A stretch of 39,284 bases of DNA from a bacterium (lineage in GTDB: Bacteria > Zhuqueibacterota > Zhuqueibacteria > Zhuqueibacterales > Zhuqueibacteraceae), in the NCBI GenBank assembly GCA_044869275.1, contig JBIOXB010000099.1, positions 1-39,284 on the forward strand. The letters are read 5' to 3'. The position numbers and the translations under genes were made by a program. This document shows, piece after piece, positions 17,806 through 27,138 of the stretch (its first letter is position 1; each line of letters begins with the position of its first letter). The notes under the pieces are model-generated. The model ran no database searches and had not been told where the DNA came from. It worked only from the letters and a program-made list of their open reading frames with translations.

Positions 17806-18622
17806 CGAAATCATTTCCACCATCATTCATGATTTTCACTACGCGCTGTATGGCAGCATCTTGGTCGGCGTGATCTGCGCTTTCTTGGGAGTCTATATCG
17901 TCGCACGCCGCGTGGTATTCTTGGGCGCGGTCTTGACCCAAGTTTCAGTGCTGGGCATCGCCGTCACTTTTCTGCCTTTCTTCGAAATCAGCCATACGCT
18001 GGGCTCATTGATCATCACCCTCGCCCTGGTGGTGGTGCTGTCGAGATTCCTCACCGGCAAGAGCATTCCAAAAGATGCCGTATTGGGCGGGGTCTTTGTG
18101 ACTGCGATTGCGATGCGCACGCTGATCTTGCAGAAAACGCCAAAAGTGGAGGTCTCGGAAATCGAGAGTCTCTTGCGCGGCGATATTCTGTTTGTCACGC
18201 CCGTGTTGTTTCATTTGATGAGTGCGGTATTCGTTCTGGGCATGGTGATCCATCTGCTCTTTTTCAAGGAATTCACCTACCTCTCATTCGATGCGGAAAC
18301 CGCGGCCACGCAGGGTTTCAACACGGCACGCTGGGAAATCGCCTTTTATTTCATCGCCGCGGCGGTGATTTCTGTGGCCACGCATATGGTCGGCGATATG
18401 TTTGTCTTTGGGTTTCTGGTCATTCCCGCGGTGGCGGCGAGGCTTTTCGTAAGAAAAGTCAAGAACATTTTTGCCGTCGCAGTTCTCATCGGCGCCCTTG
18501 CCCCGATCATGGGCCTGTTTCTCGCGTTCAAATATGACTTCCCCTCCTCGCCGGCAATCATCGCCGTCGCCGCGGCGATCTTGATTTTGGCGCAAGCGCT
18601 GCGTTTCTTAAAGGGAAGATAA
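17795..18622 (+). CDS. Metal ABC transporter permease (ZnuB/ABC-3 family)
   Basis: LGVYIV.RR..F.G, LL.GDIL, SFD.E.A...G, FLVIPA..AR; multi-TM; overlaps the ATPase stop. Confidence 0.92.
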   Translation: MATSEIISTIIHDFHYALYGSILVGVICAFLGVYIVARRVVFLGAVLTQVSVLGIAVTFLPFFEISHTLGSLIITLALVVVLSRFLTGKSIPKDAVLGGVFVTAIAMRTLILQKTPKVEVSEIESLLRGDILFVTPVLFHLMSAVFVLGMVIHLLFFKEFTYLSFDAETAATQGFNTARWEIAFYFIAAAVISVATHMVGDMFVFGFLVIPAVAARLFVRKVKNIFAVAVLIGALAPIMGLFLAFKYDFPSSPAIIAVAAAILILAQALRFLKGR

Positions 18623-18642
18623 TTGCTGGGACGGCGCGCGAA

Positions 18643-19047
18643 CTAATCGTGCAGCATTTTTTCCACGCGCGCCTTGAGATCGGAGATTTGAAAAGGTTTG
18701 GGGAGCAAATCGGTGTGTGGCAGTTGGAGGGCTTTATCGAGCTGCTCGCTGTCTTTAAAACCGGTCAATAGCAGCACCGGAATATGAGCCAGCGCCGCGT
18801 CCGTGCGTATGGCCTGTAGCGCTTCAATGCCGTTCATTTCCGGCATGGTGACGTCCATCAAGATCAAATCCGGCACCACGTCACGAATCACATCGAGGCC
18901 TTCGCGCCCGTTACTGGCCTCGAAAACGTCGCAATTCTCGCGGCGCAGGCAGTGCCGGATCAGCAGCCGGACGGGCGCTTCGTCATCGATGGTAATGATC
19001 TTGAAGGCGCGCGCTCCCGCTGATGATGCTGTGCTGTCTTGGCTCAA
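18643..19047 (-). CDS. Single-domain response regulator (CheY-like receiver)
   Basis: IDDE, PDLILMDVTMPEMNG, LLTG, PKPF; TTG start at 19047 after AGAGGAG. Confidence 0.9.
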   Translation of the reverse strand: MSQDSTASSAGARAFKIITIDDEAPVRLLIRHCLRRENCDVFEASNGREGLDVIRDVVPDLILMDVTMPEMNGIEALQAIRTDAALAHIPVLLLTGFKDSEQLDKALQLPHTDLLPKPFQISDLKARVEKMLHD

Positions 19048-19105
19048 GCTCGATTCTCCTCTGCGTTGATGTGACGAACCGTGCGGCAGTGCGAGGTGAT
19101 GCGAT

Positions 19106-20593
19106 TCAGGCGGCAGCGCCCGCAGCAGACGTTTCTGTTGCGGCGAAACGAAACTTTGCTGTAAGAATCTCCGGTGTGCGCAGTAATGCCTGCAATCTGC
19201 TTTCGAGCTCCTGCAGGCTGGCGCCCTCCGCCGGATCCAGTACATTGAGGCATGCCGCGTTCTGTTGAAACCAGCGCGCTGCGATTTCAAGACGATCGCT
19301 CTGATCTTTTGCCAGGCGTTCGCCGGTGTGATCGGAAGAAACCGTCTCCGCCCAAAAATCCCTCAAGGCGCGGTGCAAGCGTTTGCCGGGTTTGCGGCCG
19401 AGGCGGACGGAAAATCGTTGCAGGGATCGCGAAGAGAGAAGATAAACGATGACCCGTCCCTTGGTCGCAGTGGAGGCACTGGGGTGCACAGGTGCAAGAA
19501 ATATACCTGGCAGGCGCTGGCCATGCGGAAAAGGAGCAGTGGAAATTTTTCTTTGGCGATTGGCCTCTGGATTCAGGCGGTGGATGAGACGGTGCTCGAG
19601 CAACAGGGCATCGAGCTCGGTGTCCACGATTTTAAAATCCAGCGTGAACATTTGTGAACGCAGTTGCTGCAGCTTGCGATCCGCCGCCTGCGGACTTTGA
19701 AAATAACTGCGCACACGCTCCCGTAAATTGGCCGCTTTACCGACGTAGAGGACGTGGGCGGCGGCATTGCGCATGATATAGACTCCAGGCCGTTCCGGCA
19801 AAGTGTCAACATACTTCTCATCAAAAGCATAGCTCGCAAAATCTGCGCGGCGAGGGCGGCGTGCAAAAGCTGCGATGTGGCGCCAGTCGGCGAGCCCCTG
19901 GGCCCGGCATTTCACCAGCAGCGCGCGCAGGATTTCGACTTGCGCCTGCAAAATATCTGAGAAGCTTTCCCGCCAGTTCTGAACCCCGCATAGTTGTCGA
20001 TACAATCCCGGCAAAGCTGGAGTGCGATTTGAGCCCAAGAGGTTTCGCGCCAGCACAGATAATGAAATCGTGGCGGGCGGAAACCAGAGCGCGTCAGGCT
20101 CTGCAAAGATCCTGCGCCAAGCTTGCGTGACGGCATGCGGCTGCCAGGAAACGAGAATACTGTCTGTGAAGAGCATCGCAAAACGCGCAACAAATTCTGC
20201 CCGCGAGATGCGCGGGTAGATTTCTTCTCCAGATGGTGAATTGGAAGCAAACGTGATTTCAGCGACTTGCAGCGGTGTTTCTGCAGCTTCGGCAAAGGCG
20301 GTCCAACCGAGAATCATGCGCTGGGCGCGCAAAATTTCTTGCGCGCGCATCGGGGTTCCCACCAAAAATACCTTTGCGGTGGGGCCCACCCCGGCACCGG
20401 CGTTCGTTTGCAGCAAGTGCCAATTGCCCACGCCGTCCGAAGCAAAGGCCGGATCGTTTTGCAGCAAGGCCGACAGCACGCGCTCTGCCGTGACGGGCGT
20501 GGCGTGAGTCAGATGCAGCACTTGCCGAGCAATGGCCAGCGTCGAAGCTTGCCCGCCGGCATTTGCCAAAAACTCTCGAATCTTATCTTTCAT
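19106..20593 (-). CDS. UvrC/Cho-like GIY-YIG nuclease with a degenerate N-terminal DEDDh-exonuclease-like domain
   Basis: LPERPGVYIM...VLYVGKAANLRERVRSYF...ELDALLLEHRLI..L.P..N; ATG 20593 after GAGGA. Confidence 0.85.
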   Translation of the reverse strand: MKDKIREFLANAGGQASTLAIARQVLHLTHATPVTAERVLSALLQNDPAFASDGVGNWHLLQTNAGAGVGPTAKVFLVGTPMRAQEILRAQRMILGWTAFAEAAETPLQVAEITFASNSPSGEEIYPRISRAEFVARFAMLFTDSILVSWQPHAVTQAWRRIFAEPDALWFPPATISLSVLARNLLGSNRTPALPGLYRQLCGVQNWRESFSDILQAQVEILRALLVKCRAQGLADWRHIAAFARRPRRADFASYAFDEKYVDTLPERPGVYIMRNAAAHVLYVGKAANLRERVRSYFQSPQAADRKLQQLRSQMFTLDFKIVDTELDALLLEHRLIHRLNPEANRQRKISTAPFPHGQRLPGIFLAPVHPSASTATKGRVIVYLLSSRSLQRFSVRLGRKPGKRLHRALRDFWAETVSSDHTGERLAKDQSDRLEIAARWFQQNAACLNVLDPAEGASLQELESRLQALLRTPEILTAKFRFAATETSAAGAAA

Positions 20594-20673
20594 ATCCTCA
20601 TTGACAAAACGCAATCAGATCTGCTGTCTTACGATTCCAGGATGGCCATTCAATCAACTCGACCGTTTCTTGC

Positions 20674-20742
20674 AACCGCAAATTGACGCGAATGTACGCT
20701 AAGATGTTCTCACTTCGCGTCTATTGGCGTTCATTCGCGGTT
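20674..20742. repeat. Imperfect palindromic repeat with 10-bp internal periodicity
   Basis: aaccgcaaattgacgcgaatgtacgctaa ... ttcgcgtctattggcgttcattcgcggtt (unit ~ACGCGAATNN and its complement). Confidence 0.7.
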
Positions 20743-20788
20743 TGAGTAATGGAAAAGTCAATTGAGACTCGATCCTGAGCATTACGAA

Positions 20789-21367
20789 TTACATGTTTTT
20801 CCTAAGCAGCAGGTCCGCATAAGAACCCGCGATCAATTCCCCGTTCGCCACGCTGAATTCCTGCAACAAGGCTTGCGCGGCTTGTTGGGCCTGTGCCGGA
20901 GCAACACTGCCGCCCGCCAAGGCCTCGACTTCGATAAAGTCGCCCAGCACCTCCACGTGATCGAGGTGAACGCGAATATGAATCTCGTTTTCGTCCGCGG
21001 CAGCTCCTTCATACCCCAACAGAAAAAGTTCTCTGCTTTTCTTGATGACCACTCGTACGCCCAGGGCGGCGGCCAGAACCTGGCGCAAATCCTCGGCGCG
21101 AGCCAGAGGGACGATTTGATAGTCACTGCGCTTTAATGCGGCCTCGTCCGCGCGCTGATAATGGATCAATTGTGCTTGTACCTCATTCTGGCCTTCTGCC
21201 TGGCCGCGGCGCGGCTGGGTCTCGCGCATCTTTAAGCGTCCGTGTGGGACTGGAAAGTAAGTATCGGTTTGTTCCAACACACCGGCAAAATGCGCGCCGC
21301 GTTGCTGCAAGACTTGGCGCACTCGGGTGAAATTTTTTATCCGCGCTTTGAATTCGATGTTGGTCAT
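20789..21367 (-). CDS. CYTH domain protein (class IV adenylate cyclase-like/triphosphate tunnel metalloenzyme)
   Basis: NIEFKAR (ExK), QTDTYF, RLKMRE, K.R, RVHLD.V..LGDFIEVE, SY.DLL; alternative GTG start at 21385. Confidence 0.9.
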   Translation of the reverse strand: MTNIEFKARIKNFTRVRQVLQQRGAHFAGVLEQTDTYFPVPHGRLKMRETQPRRGQAEGQNEVQAQLIHYQRADEAALKRSDYQIVPLARAEDLRQVLAAALGVRVVIKKSRELFLLGYEGAAADENEIHIRVHLDHVEVLGDFIEVEALAGGSVAPAQAQQAAQALLQEFSVANGELIAGSYADLLLRKNM

Positions 21368-21381
21368 GATTGGGATTTGCC

Positions 21382-22512
21382 TCACAGCAGGGCTTTGACC
21401 GAGGAGGTGGAGCCCATGTTGGCATCTTGCTTTTCACGATCTTCTGGCCACTGCTCTTCTGGTTGCTGACCCTCTGGTCGCTGACCTTCGACCAGGCCGC
21501 CGGGATGCTCTCCTGCTTGCCCGGGCATTTTTTTTTTCACGACAGGCAGAGCAGGAACAACCCGCTTGCGCCAATCTGCCAAATTCGCGCCGGCGAAAAG
21601 CTCCACATAGTTTTGGTAAGAGCCATGGCGCTCGTGGCTGAGATGCATGAAAATCTTTTCATAGCCGGAACGCAAAAGCACGCTGTACTCCTTGTTTTGC
21701 AGCACCTCGTATCTTTGTCTGACGGCCGCGATGAAAAGATCACGATCGTGCAAGTCGCCCAGTACGGTTTGTAGCTTTTTGAAGAATTTCAGATTGGCGG
21801 GGGCGTTTTCTCCCGCGGCAAATTCCATAACCTCGAGCGCATAGCGCAGTTTTTTCACCGTTATTCTGAGATTGTGCAAGCCCATCACATCATCTTCGCC
21901 GGTGATCGCGCGGCGCATGGCAAAAACCGCATTGAGTCGTTGCGCCAGCAGCGTGCGCGCCAAGCGCAAAGCCGTGCGCGGTCCACGCTGTCGTGAGGAC
22001 GGCAGCGCGCTGAGACGTTGAAAAACCGCCGCCATTTCTCCGGGCAATGCCGAGGCCCTAACTTTGCGGTCGAGTTTGTGCTGCATTTTGAGGCGCTGGC
22101 GCTTTTGGCTTTCCACCAGGCGCATGAGCAAATCTTCCACCGCGAACCGTTCCTGCAGGTCCTGCGACTCGGCATGCCTGTGGGCGAAATATTCCACCGC
22201 GACATCGGCTTCGCGCGCACGGCCGAGCGCCTTGGTAACCTGGCGTACGCGGCCGTAGATTCTATCATAGACTTTAGGCGGAAAACAGAAAGCGAAAATC
22301 TCCAAAGCTTCGCGCAGCCGGCGCGACCATACGCGCATGTCGTGCAGCGCCTCGAGATCTTCGCCTTGGCGCGCACCTCCCTCGAATTTGACCATCTCTT
22401 GCATGCGCTCGAGAATCAATTGCCGCGCGCATGTCAACGGCGGTGTATCCGGCCCCAAAACCACCGGCGCGAGCGCCGTGGGCGCAGGCGTGAGAGCAGA
22501 TAGACTGTTCAT
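21382..22512 (-). CDS. CHAD domain (polyphosphate-binding) protein
   Basis: EALHDMRV.SRRLRE, LG.ARE.DV, LHNLRI..KKLRYALE, LQ..LGDLHD. Confidence 0.92.
   Translation of the reverse strand: MNSLSALTPAPTALAPVVLGPDTPPLTCARQLILERMQEMVKFEGGARQGEDLEALHDMRVWSRRLREALEIFAFCFPPKVYDRIYGRVRQVTKALGRAREADVAVEYFAHRHAESQDLQERFAVEDLLMRLVESQKRQRLKMQHKLDRKVRASALPGEMAAVFQRLSALPSSRQRGPRTALRLARTLLAQRLNAVFAMRRAITGEDDVMGLHNLRITVKKLRYALEVMEFAAGENAPANLKFFKKLQTVLGDLHDRDLFIAAVRQRYEVLQNKEYSVLLRSGYEKIFMHLSHERHGSYQNYVELFAGANLADWRKRVVPALPVVKKKMPGQAGEHPGGLVEGQRPEGQQPEEQWPEDREKQDANMGSTSSVKALL
21445..21489. repeat. Three 15-bp tandem repeats in the CHAD gene 3' tail (EGQRP/EGQQP/EEQWP)
   Basis: tggccactgctcttc tggttgctgaccctc tggtcgctgaccttc. 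Confidence 0.7.
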
Positions 22513-22564
22513 GTTGCACCATGAGCAAGCGCGGCGTTGATCGTACGATATTTCCGCAGCGTGT

Positions 22565-24382
22565 TCATTCCACCGCCGGTGCGAATTGTGGCGAAATGCC
22601 CTTTCGACCGGTGAGCACTTGGTACCACCGCCAAATGGAATTGGAAAACACCATCACCGCGCACACCATGATGGTCGCGGTGAGCGCGGCGTCGAGATAG
22701 CCTTGAAACGCCAGTGCCGGATTTTTCGTCATCGGCAGAAAATTGTCGGTTATATTTTTCCAACCCGCCACCAGCGTGGTCGTGCCCACGAACGCCAGCG
22801 GCACAATCGTGACCCAGGCGTAGCGCGCCTTGCCAGCATTGATGAGAATGGTCGTGCCGACCGCCAGGGCAATGGCCGCGAGCAATTGATTGGCGACGCC
22901 GAACATCGGCCAAATCTGGCTGATGCTGCCGGTGAGAATGAAGTACGCCCAGGCCACGCACACCAGCGCGCTGGCAATGATGGTTCCCGGCATCCACTCC
23001 GCGCGCTCCAGCGGTCGGTAGAATCTTCCCAGGAATTCTTGCACCAGGAAACGCGCCACGCGCGTGCCGGTATCGATCGTGGTCAAGATGAACAGTGCTT
23101 CAAACATGATGGCGAAATGGTACCAATAGGCCATTAAGTTTTTCATGCCCGGCAGCGCCGTAAAAATTTGCGCCATGCCCACGGCCAGTGAAACGGCTCC
23201 ACCGGTGCGGCCCGCGACCGTTTCACCCACTTGTCTTTCGAGCTCCGGGAGGTTGACCACGCTCATGCCCAATTGCGCGAATTTTTCCACCGGAACATTG
23301 ATGGCGAAATAGTCCGCAGGAAACAGCGAGGTGGAAGCGATCAACGCGGTGACGCCGACGAGGCTTTCGATCAACATCGCGCCGTAGGCGATGGGCCGCG
23401 CGTGCGTTTCCCGGTCGATCATTTTGGGCGTGGTGCCGGAGCCGATGAGCGCATGAAAACCCGAAATCGCGCCGCAAGCAATGGTGATGAAGACGAAGGG
23501 ATAAATTTTTCCGGGCACGATCGGCCCGCCGCCGCCAATGAATTCCGTGAGCGCCGGCATTTTCAGTTCCGGATGGACGATGATGATGCCGAGCACCAAA
23601 AATCCAATCGTGCCGATTTTCATGTATGAGCTCAGATAATCGCGCGGGCAGAGCAGCAGCCAGACCGGCAGAATGGAGGCGACGAAACCATACAGGGCGA
23701 TGGCCATGGTGAGATTGGTCTTGGACAAGGTGAAAATGCCGGCCAGCGGTGATTCCGGGATGAAGCGTCCGAGCACCACCGCCAGAATCAGCAACACCAC
23801 GCCGATGGCCGAAGCTTCGGCAATCTTCCCCTTGCGAAAGCGGTACATGTACAAGCCCATGAACAGCGCAATGGGTATGGTCATCGCGATCGTGAATGCG
23901 CCCCAGGAACTGTCGTGCAGCGCATTCACCACGGCGAGGCCGAGCCCGGCGAGCGCCATGACGATGATAAAAAGAATCGCAATGGCCGCGACGACACCGG
24001 TGACGGGGCTGATTTCAGTGCGCGCCATTTCTGCGAGCGATTTGCCGCCGCGACGCATGGAAGAGGAGAGAATGATGAAATCATGCACCGCGCCGCCAAT
24101 GCACACGCCGATGACCAACCACAGCAATCCTGGCAGAAAACCGAATTGCGCCGCCAGCACCGGTCCGATCAACGGTCCGGCACCGGTGATCGCGGCGAAA
24201 TGATGGCCGAAGAGCACCCATTTGTTGGTGGGCACGTAGTTTTGACCGTCGGTCATGGTGTGGGCGGGCGTGGGCCGCGAATCATCGAGCGCCAGCACTC
24301 TGGCGGCGATAAAGGCACTATAGTAGCGATAGGCTATCGCATAAATTCCCAGCGCACCGAGAATGAGGGGAAGGGCGTTCAT
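22565..24382 (-). CDS. cstA: Carbon starvation protein A family peptide/pyruvate transporter
   Basis: [84 protein letters not shown]; start MNALP at 24382. Confidence 0.95.
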   Translation of the reverse strand: MNALPLILGALGIYAIAYRYYSAFIAARVLALDDSRPTPAHTMTDGQNYVPTNKWVLFGHHFAAITGAGPLIGPVLAAQFGFLPGLLWLVIGVCIGGAVHDFIILSSSMRRGGKSLAEMARTEISPVTGVVAAIAILFIIVMALAGLGLAVVNALHDSSWGAFTIAMTIPIALFMGLYMYRFRKGKIAEASAIGVVLLILAVVLGRFIPESPLAGIFTLSKTNLTMAIALYGFVASILPVWLLLCPRDYLSSYMKIGTIGFLVLGIIIVHPELKMPALTEFIGGGGPIVPGKIYPFVFITIACGAISGFHALIGSGTTPKMIDRETHARPIAYGAMLIESLVGVTALIASTSLFPADYFAINVPVEKFAQLGMSVVNLPELERQVGETVAGRTGGAVSLAVGMAQIFTALPGMKNLMAYWYHFAIMFEALFILTTIDTGTRVARFLVQEFLGRFYRPLERAEWMPGTIIASALVCVAWAYFILTGSISQIWPMFGVANQLLAAIALAVGTTILINAGKARYAWVTIVPLAFVGTTTLVAGWKNITDNFLPMTKNPALAFQGYLDAALTATIMVCAVMVFSNSIWRWYQVLTGRKGISPQFAPAVE

Positions 24383-24421
24383 AGTGATCAGCCGTCTTTT
24401 CTTTTGCAAAGCCGGAAGGAG

Positions 24422-24560
24422 GATCGTGGATTGAGGATCGTGGGTTGAGGATCGTAGATCGAAGATAGTAGATGGTTGGGAGCTCCTCATCTCTATTTTC
24501 GATTTACAAACTTCGATTCATGATCTACGATTCACGATCTACAATCCACGATCCACGAGC
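24422..24560. repeat. Inverted heptamer array (GATCGTG-type), 8 forward units and ~10 reverse units
   Basis: gatcgtg gattgag gatcgtg ggttgag gatcgta gatcgaa gatagta gatggtt ... ttcgatt catgatc tacgatt cacgatc tacaatc cacgatc cacgagc. Confidence 0.9.
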
Positions 24561-24563
24561 TTT

Positions 24564-25190
24564 TCACTGTTGCTTCAAGCCCGAAAAATCGACTTTTGGC
24601 GCGGTTTGCGCGTCGGTGCTGGCTTCGAAGTACGGCCTTTCTTGAAAGCCCATCATCCGGGCAATCGCGACAGTGGGAAAAGTGCGCAGCTTGCTGTTGT
24701 AAGCTTGCACGGTTTCATTGAAGCGCCGGCGCTCGACGCCGATGCGGTTTTCCGTGCCTTCGAGTTGGGTTTGCAGATCGAGAAAGTTTTGATTCGCTTT
24801 CAGGTTGGGATATTGCTCGACCGTGACCAGCAGCCGGCTGAGCGCCGAGCTGAGGCCGTCCTGCGCCTGCTGGAATTGGCGGAACTTTTCCGGATTGTTG
24901 ATCACCTCGTCGGCGTTGATTTGGATTTGCGTGGCTTTCGCGCGCGCCTCGATTACGCCTTGCAATGTTTCCTTTTCAAAAGTGGCCGCGCCCTGCACCG
25001 TCGCCACCAGATTCGGAATTAAATCCGCGCGGCGTTGATATTGATTCTGCACCTGCGACCACGCAGATTTGACCGCTTCATCCAGACCGACGAGCTGATT
25101 ATAATTGCCAACCGTGAAGCGATAAGCCATGAAACCGAGCACGAGAATAACGCCGACGACCGCCAGCGTGATTTTCAAGCCTTTGCTCAT
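24564..25190 (-). CDS. lemA: LemA family protein
   Basis: N-terminal TM, YN.LV..DE.V..AWSQV.NQYQRRADLIPNLV, YPNLKANQNF, LEGTENRI..ERR; RBS GGAGG. Confidence 0.95.
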   Translation of the reverse strand: MSKGLKITLAVVGVILVLGFMAYRFTVGNYNQLVGLDEAVKSAWSQVQNQYQRRADLIPNLVATVQGAATFEKETLQGVIEARAKATQIQINADEVINNPEKFRQFQQAQDGLSSALSRLLVTVEQYPNLKANQNFLDLQTQLEGTENRIGVERRRFNETVQAYNSKLRTFPTVAIARMMGFQERPYFEASTDAQTAPKVDFSGLKQQ

Positions 25191-25231
25191 ATTTATTCCT
25201 CCATTGATAAGATGCGTAACAGAAACATTCT

Positions 25232-25969
25232 TCAAGCTGTTTTCATGGCATCCACCCATTGTACCAGCCTGGCGATCTGGGCGATGTAATCTTCCATGAC
25301 TTGCCACAGTTCTTCGCGATAGGGGCGTGCCTCGCTCTCTGCGGCGTGAAAAACTTTGTCGATGAAACCAGTTTGCAGGCGCGCGGCTTGGGCGGCTTTC
25401 AGAAAAACTGCCTTGCGCGCGGTCGGAATTGTTTCTTGTTGCAAGAAGAGAAGAGCTTCGCAGAGGGGGAGAAAAGCCGTGATCGTGCGCCGGATGAGCG
25501 CGGTCAATTCCTCGCGATCGTAGCCCGAATGCAAAAAGCCTTTGCGCAAATGCAGCAGCTTGCCCTTCAGCTCGCGTTCGAGCTGCAAACGCAAATCTTC
25601 GCGATTGATTTTCAATTCGGACAAAACATCCGCGCCGAAGAGCACGCGATAATGCCGCTGCATGTGCAGAAATTCAACGGGAAAGCTGTCCAGCGAATCG
25701 TGAATGTATTGCCGGGTCACCACCAGGGGTACCACCTGCGCGCGTGCACGCCACGTTTCCGCCAAAGGCACGGCATGGCGCAGGCGGTGGATGGCGGATT
25801 CGGACAACACAATCAGAAAGTTGAGGTCGGACTCCCCGGGCACATATTCGCCTCGCGCGCCGCTGCCGTAAAAGATGATCGATTCCACCTCGTGCGCATA
25901 CACCTCGCGCCACGCATTGACATAGTCGGTGAAGATTTCGTCCGGTTGCTGCGGATACTTCTTGCTCAT
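25232..25969 (-). CDS. Nucleotidyltransferase-fold protein (LemA/TPM-associated)
   Basis: IIFYGSGARGEY.PG.SDLNFLIV, DSFPVEF, LRLQLERELKGKLL.LR; RBS GAGGAG. Confidence 0.85.
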   Translation of the reverse strand: MSKKYPQQPDEIFTDYVNAWREVYAHEVESIIFYGSGARGEYVPGESDLNFLIVLSESAIHRLRHAVPLAETWRARAQVVPLVVTRQYIHDSLDSFPVEFLHMQRHYRVLFGADVLSELKINREDLRLQLERELKGKLLHLRKGFLHSGYDREELTALIRRTITAFLPLCEALLFLQQETIPTARKAVFLKAAQAARLQTGFIDKVFHAAESEARPYREELWQVMEDYIAQIARLVQWVDAMKTA

Positions 25970-26140
25970 ATTCCTCCTCAGCCGCGAAACAATTGCGCTC
26001 GTCAAGTCGCCGCAGCTATTTTATGCACGTGAACGGCACTGACCAAGAATATCTGATCCCCTCTCCCTTGTGGAATTCTAATAAGACTGATCATCCTGCG
26101 AACGCCACAAGATTTTCCTCCTGCCTTGCGCTGCAGAAAT

Positions 26141-26258
26141 CAGACTGTGTGAAAACTTGGGAATGCCGCACCCTGAGCTTGTCGAAGGGTGCTAAGCTCA
26201 AAAATCCGGCTTCGACAAGCTCAGCCGGCGTTGAAACCAAGCGTTTTCACACAGTCTG
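26141..26258. mobile_element. MITE-like 118-bp element with 16-bp terminal inverted repeats, AAT direct repeats and an internal REP-like palindrome pair
   Basis: TIR cagactgtgtgaaaac / gttttcacacagtctg. Flanked by aat (26138-26140 and 26259-26261). Inner IR ctgagcttgtcgaag (26173-26187) / cttcgacaagctcag (26210-26224). Confidence 0.75.
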
Positions 26259-26298
26259 AATGCAGACAAAACGTATTGAGGGCGAAGGTGCTAAAGAC

Positions 26299-27138
26299 TC
26301 AAAAGCTCCGGCCTGCCCCTCCGCCACCACTGCCTCCTCCGCCGAAGCCTCCGAACCCGCCGCCGCCAAATCCTCCACCAAAACCGCCGCCCCAGCCACC
26401 ACCACCTCGCCGGCGGCCCCCGCCGCCCATCAAGATCATCGGCCAAAACCAACGCGAGCCACCGAACAAAAAGAAAAGCAGGAGCAACAGCAGCTTCCAG
26501 GGTATGCCTTGCTGCGGGCGGCGGGAATCCGAACGATTGAGCCGCGGCCGCACGGCGCCGGTGATTTCGACGCCGGCCTCCTCGGCGATTGCACCCGCTA
26601 TTGCCTGTACGCCGGACAAAATGCCAGCGCCATAGTTGCCGCGGCGAAAGTCCGGAATCACATGATTGTCGAGTATGCGGCCGACGGTAATATCAGGCAA
26701 AGCGCCTTCGAGCCCGTAGCCGACTTCGATGCGCACCTTCCTTTCGCCGGTGGTCAGGAAAAAAAGCACGCCATTGTCTTTGCCCTTTTTGCCGATGCCC
26801 CATTTTTCGAATAAGCGGTTGGCATAATCGGCGTAATCATAATCGCCCACGCTGCGCACAGTCGCGACGACGATCTCCGCGCCGGTTTTTTGTTCCACTT
26901 CGCGGCAGAGATTGGTGAGGCGGGCTTCCGTCTCGGCGTCGATCACCTCGGCAAAATCATTGACATACCCTGTGGGCTGGGGGAAGTCTTGGGCAAATAT
27001 GGGCATGGCCCAAGCGAGCAGGAGTCCACTGCTTAGAATCGCGGTGCGCAGAAGGTTTGAAAAAACTCCAGATGAAGGCTGCTGGGAATTAATCGTGAAC
27101 TTATTTGGTGCGCGAGAGATTTTTTTCGGCTGAACCAC
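26299..27138 (-). CDS. TPM domain protein (YgcG-like) with Gly-rich tail; start uncertain
   Basis: P.PTGYVNDFA.VID, TGAEIVVATV, WGIGKKGKDNGVL, ERKVRIEVGYGLEGALPD, GGFGGGGSGGGGAGRSF. Confidence 0.92.
   Translation of the reverse strand: MVQPKKISRAPNKFTINSQQPSSGVFSNLLRTAILSSGLLLAWAMPIFAQDFPQPTGYVNDFAEVIDAETEARLTNLCREVEQKTGAEIVVATVRSVGDYDYADYANRLFEKWGIGKKGKDNGVLFFLTTGERKVRIEVGYGLEGALPDITVGRILDNHVIPDFRRGNYGAGILSGVQAIAGAIAEEAGVEITGAVRPRLNRSDSRRPQQGIPWKLLLLLLFFLFGGSRWFWPMILMGGGGRRRGGGGWGGGFGGGFGGGGFGGFGGGGSGGGGAGRSF

Noticed and set aside
24383..24490. N-terminal extension of CstA in the ORF track ([16 protein letters not shown]...)
   Set aside because: It is a translation of the heptamer array; the family-like start is MNALP at 24382.
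24422..24560. Repeat arrays as CRISPR
   Set aside because: The units are 7-bp degenerate tandems without unique spacers, and there are no cas genes in the window.
26299..26430. GGC-rich low-complexity tract and Pro-rich + strand ORFs
   Set aside because: This is the ordinary Gly-rich tail of TPM proteins; the + strand ORFs are antisense shadows.
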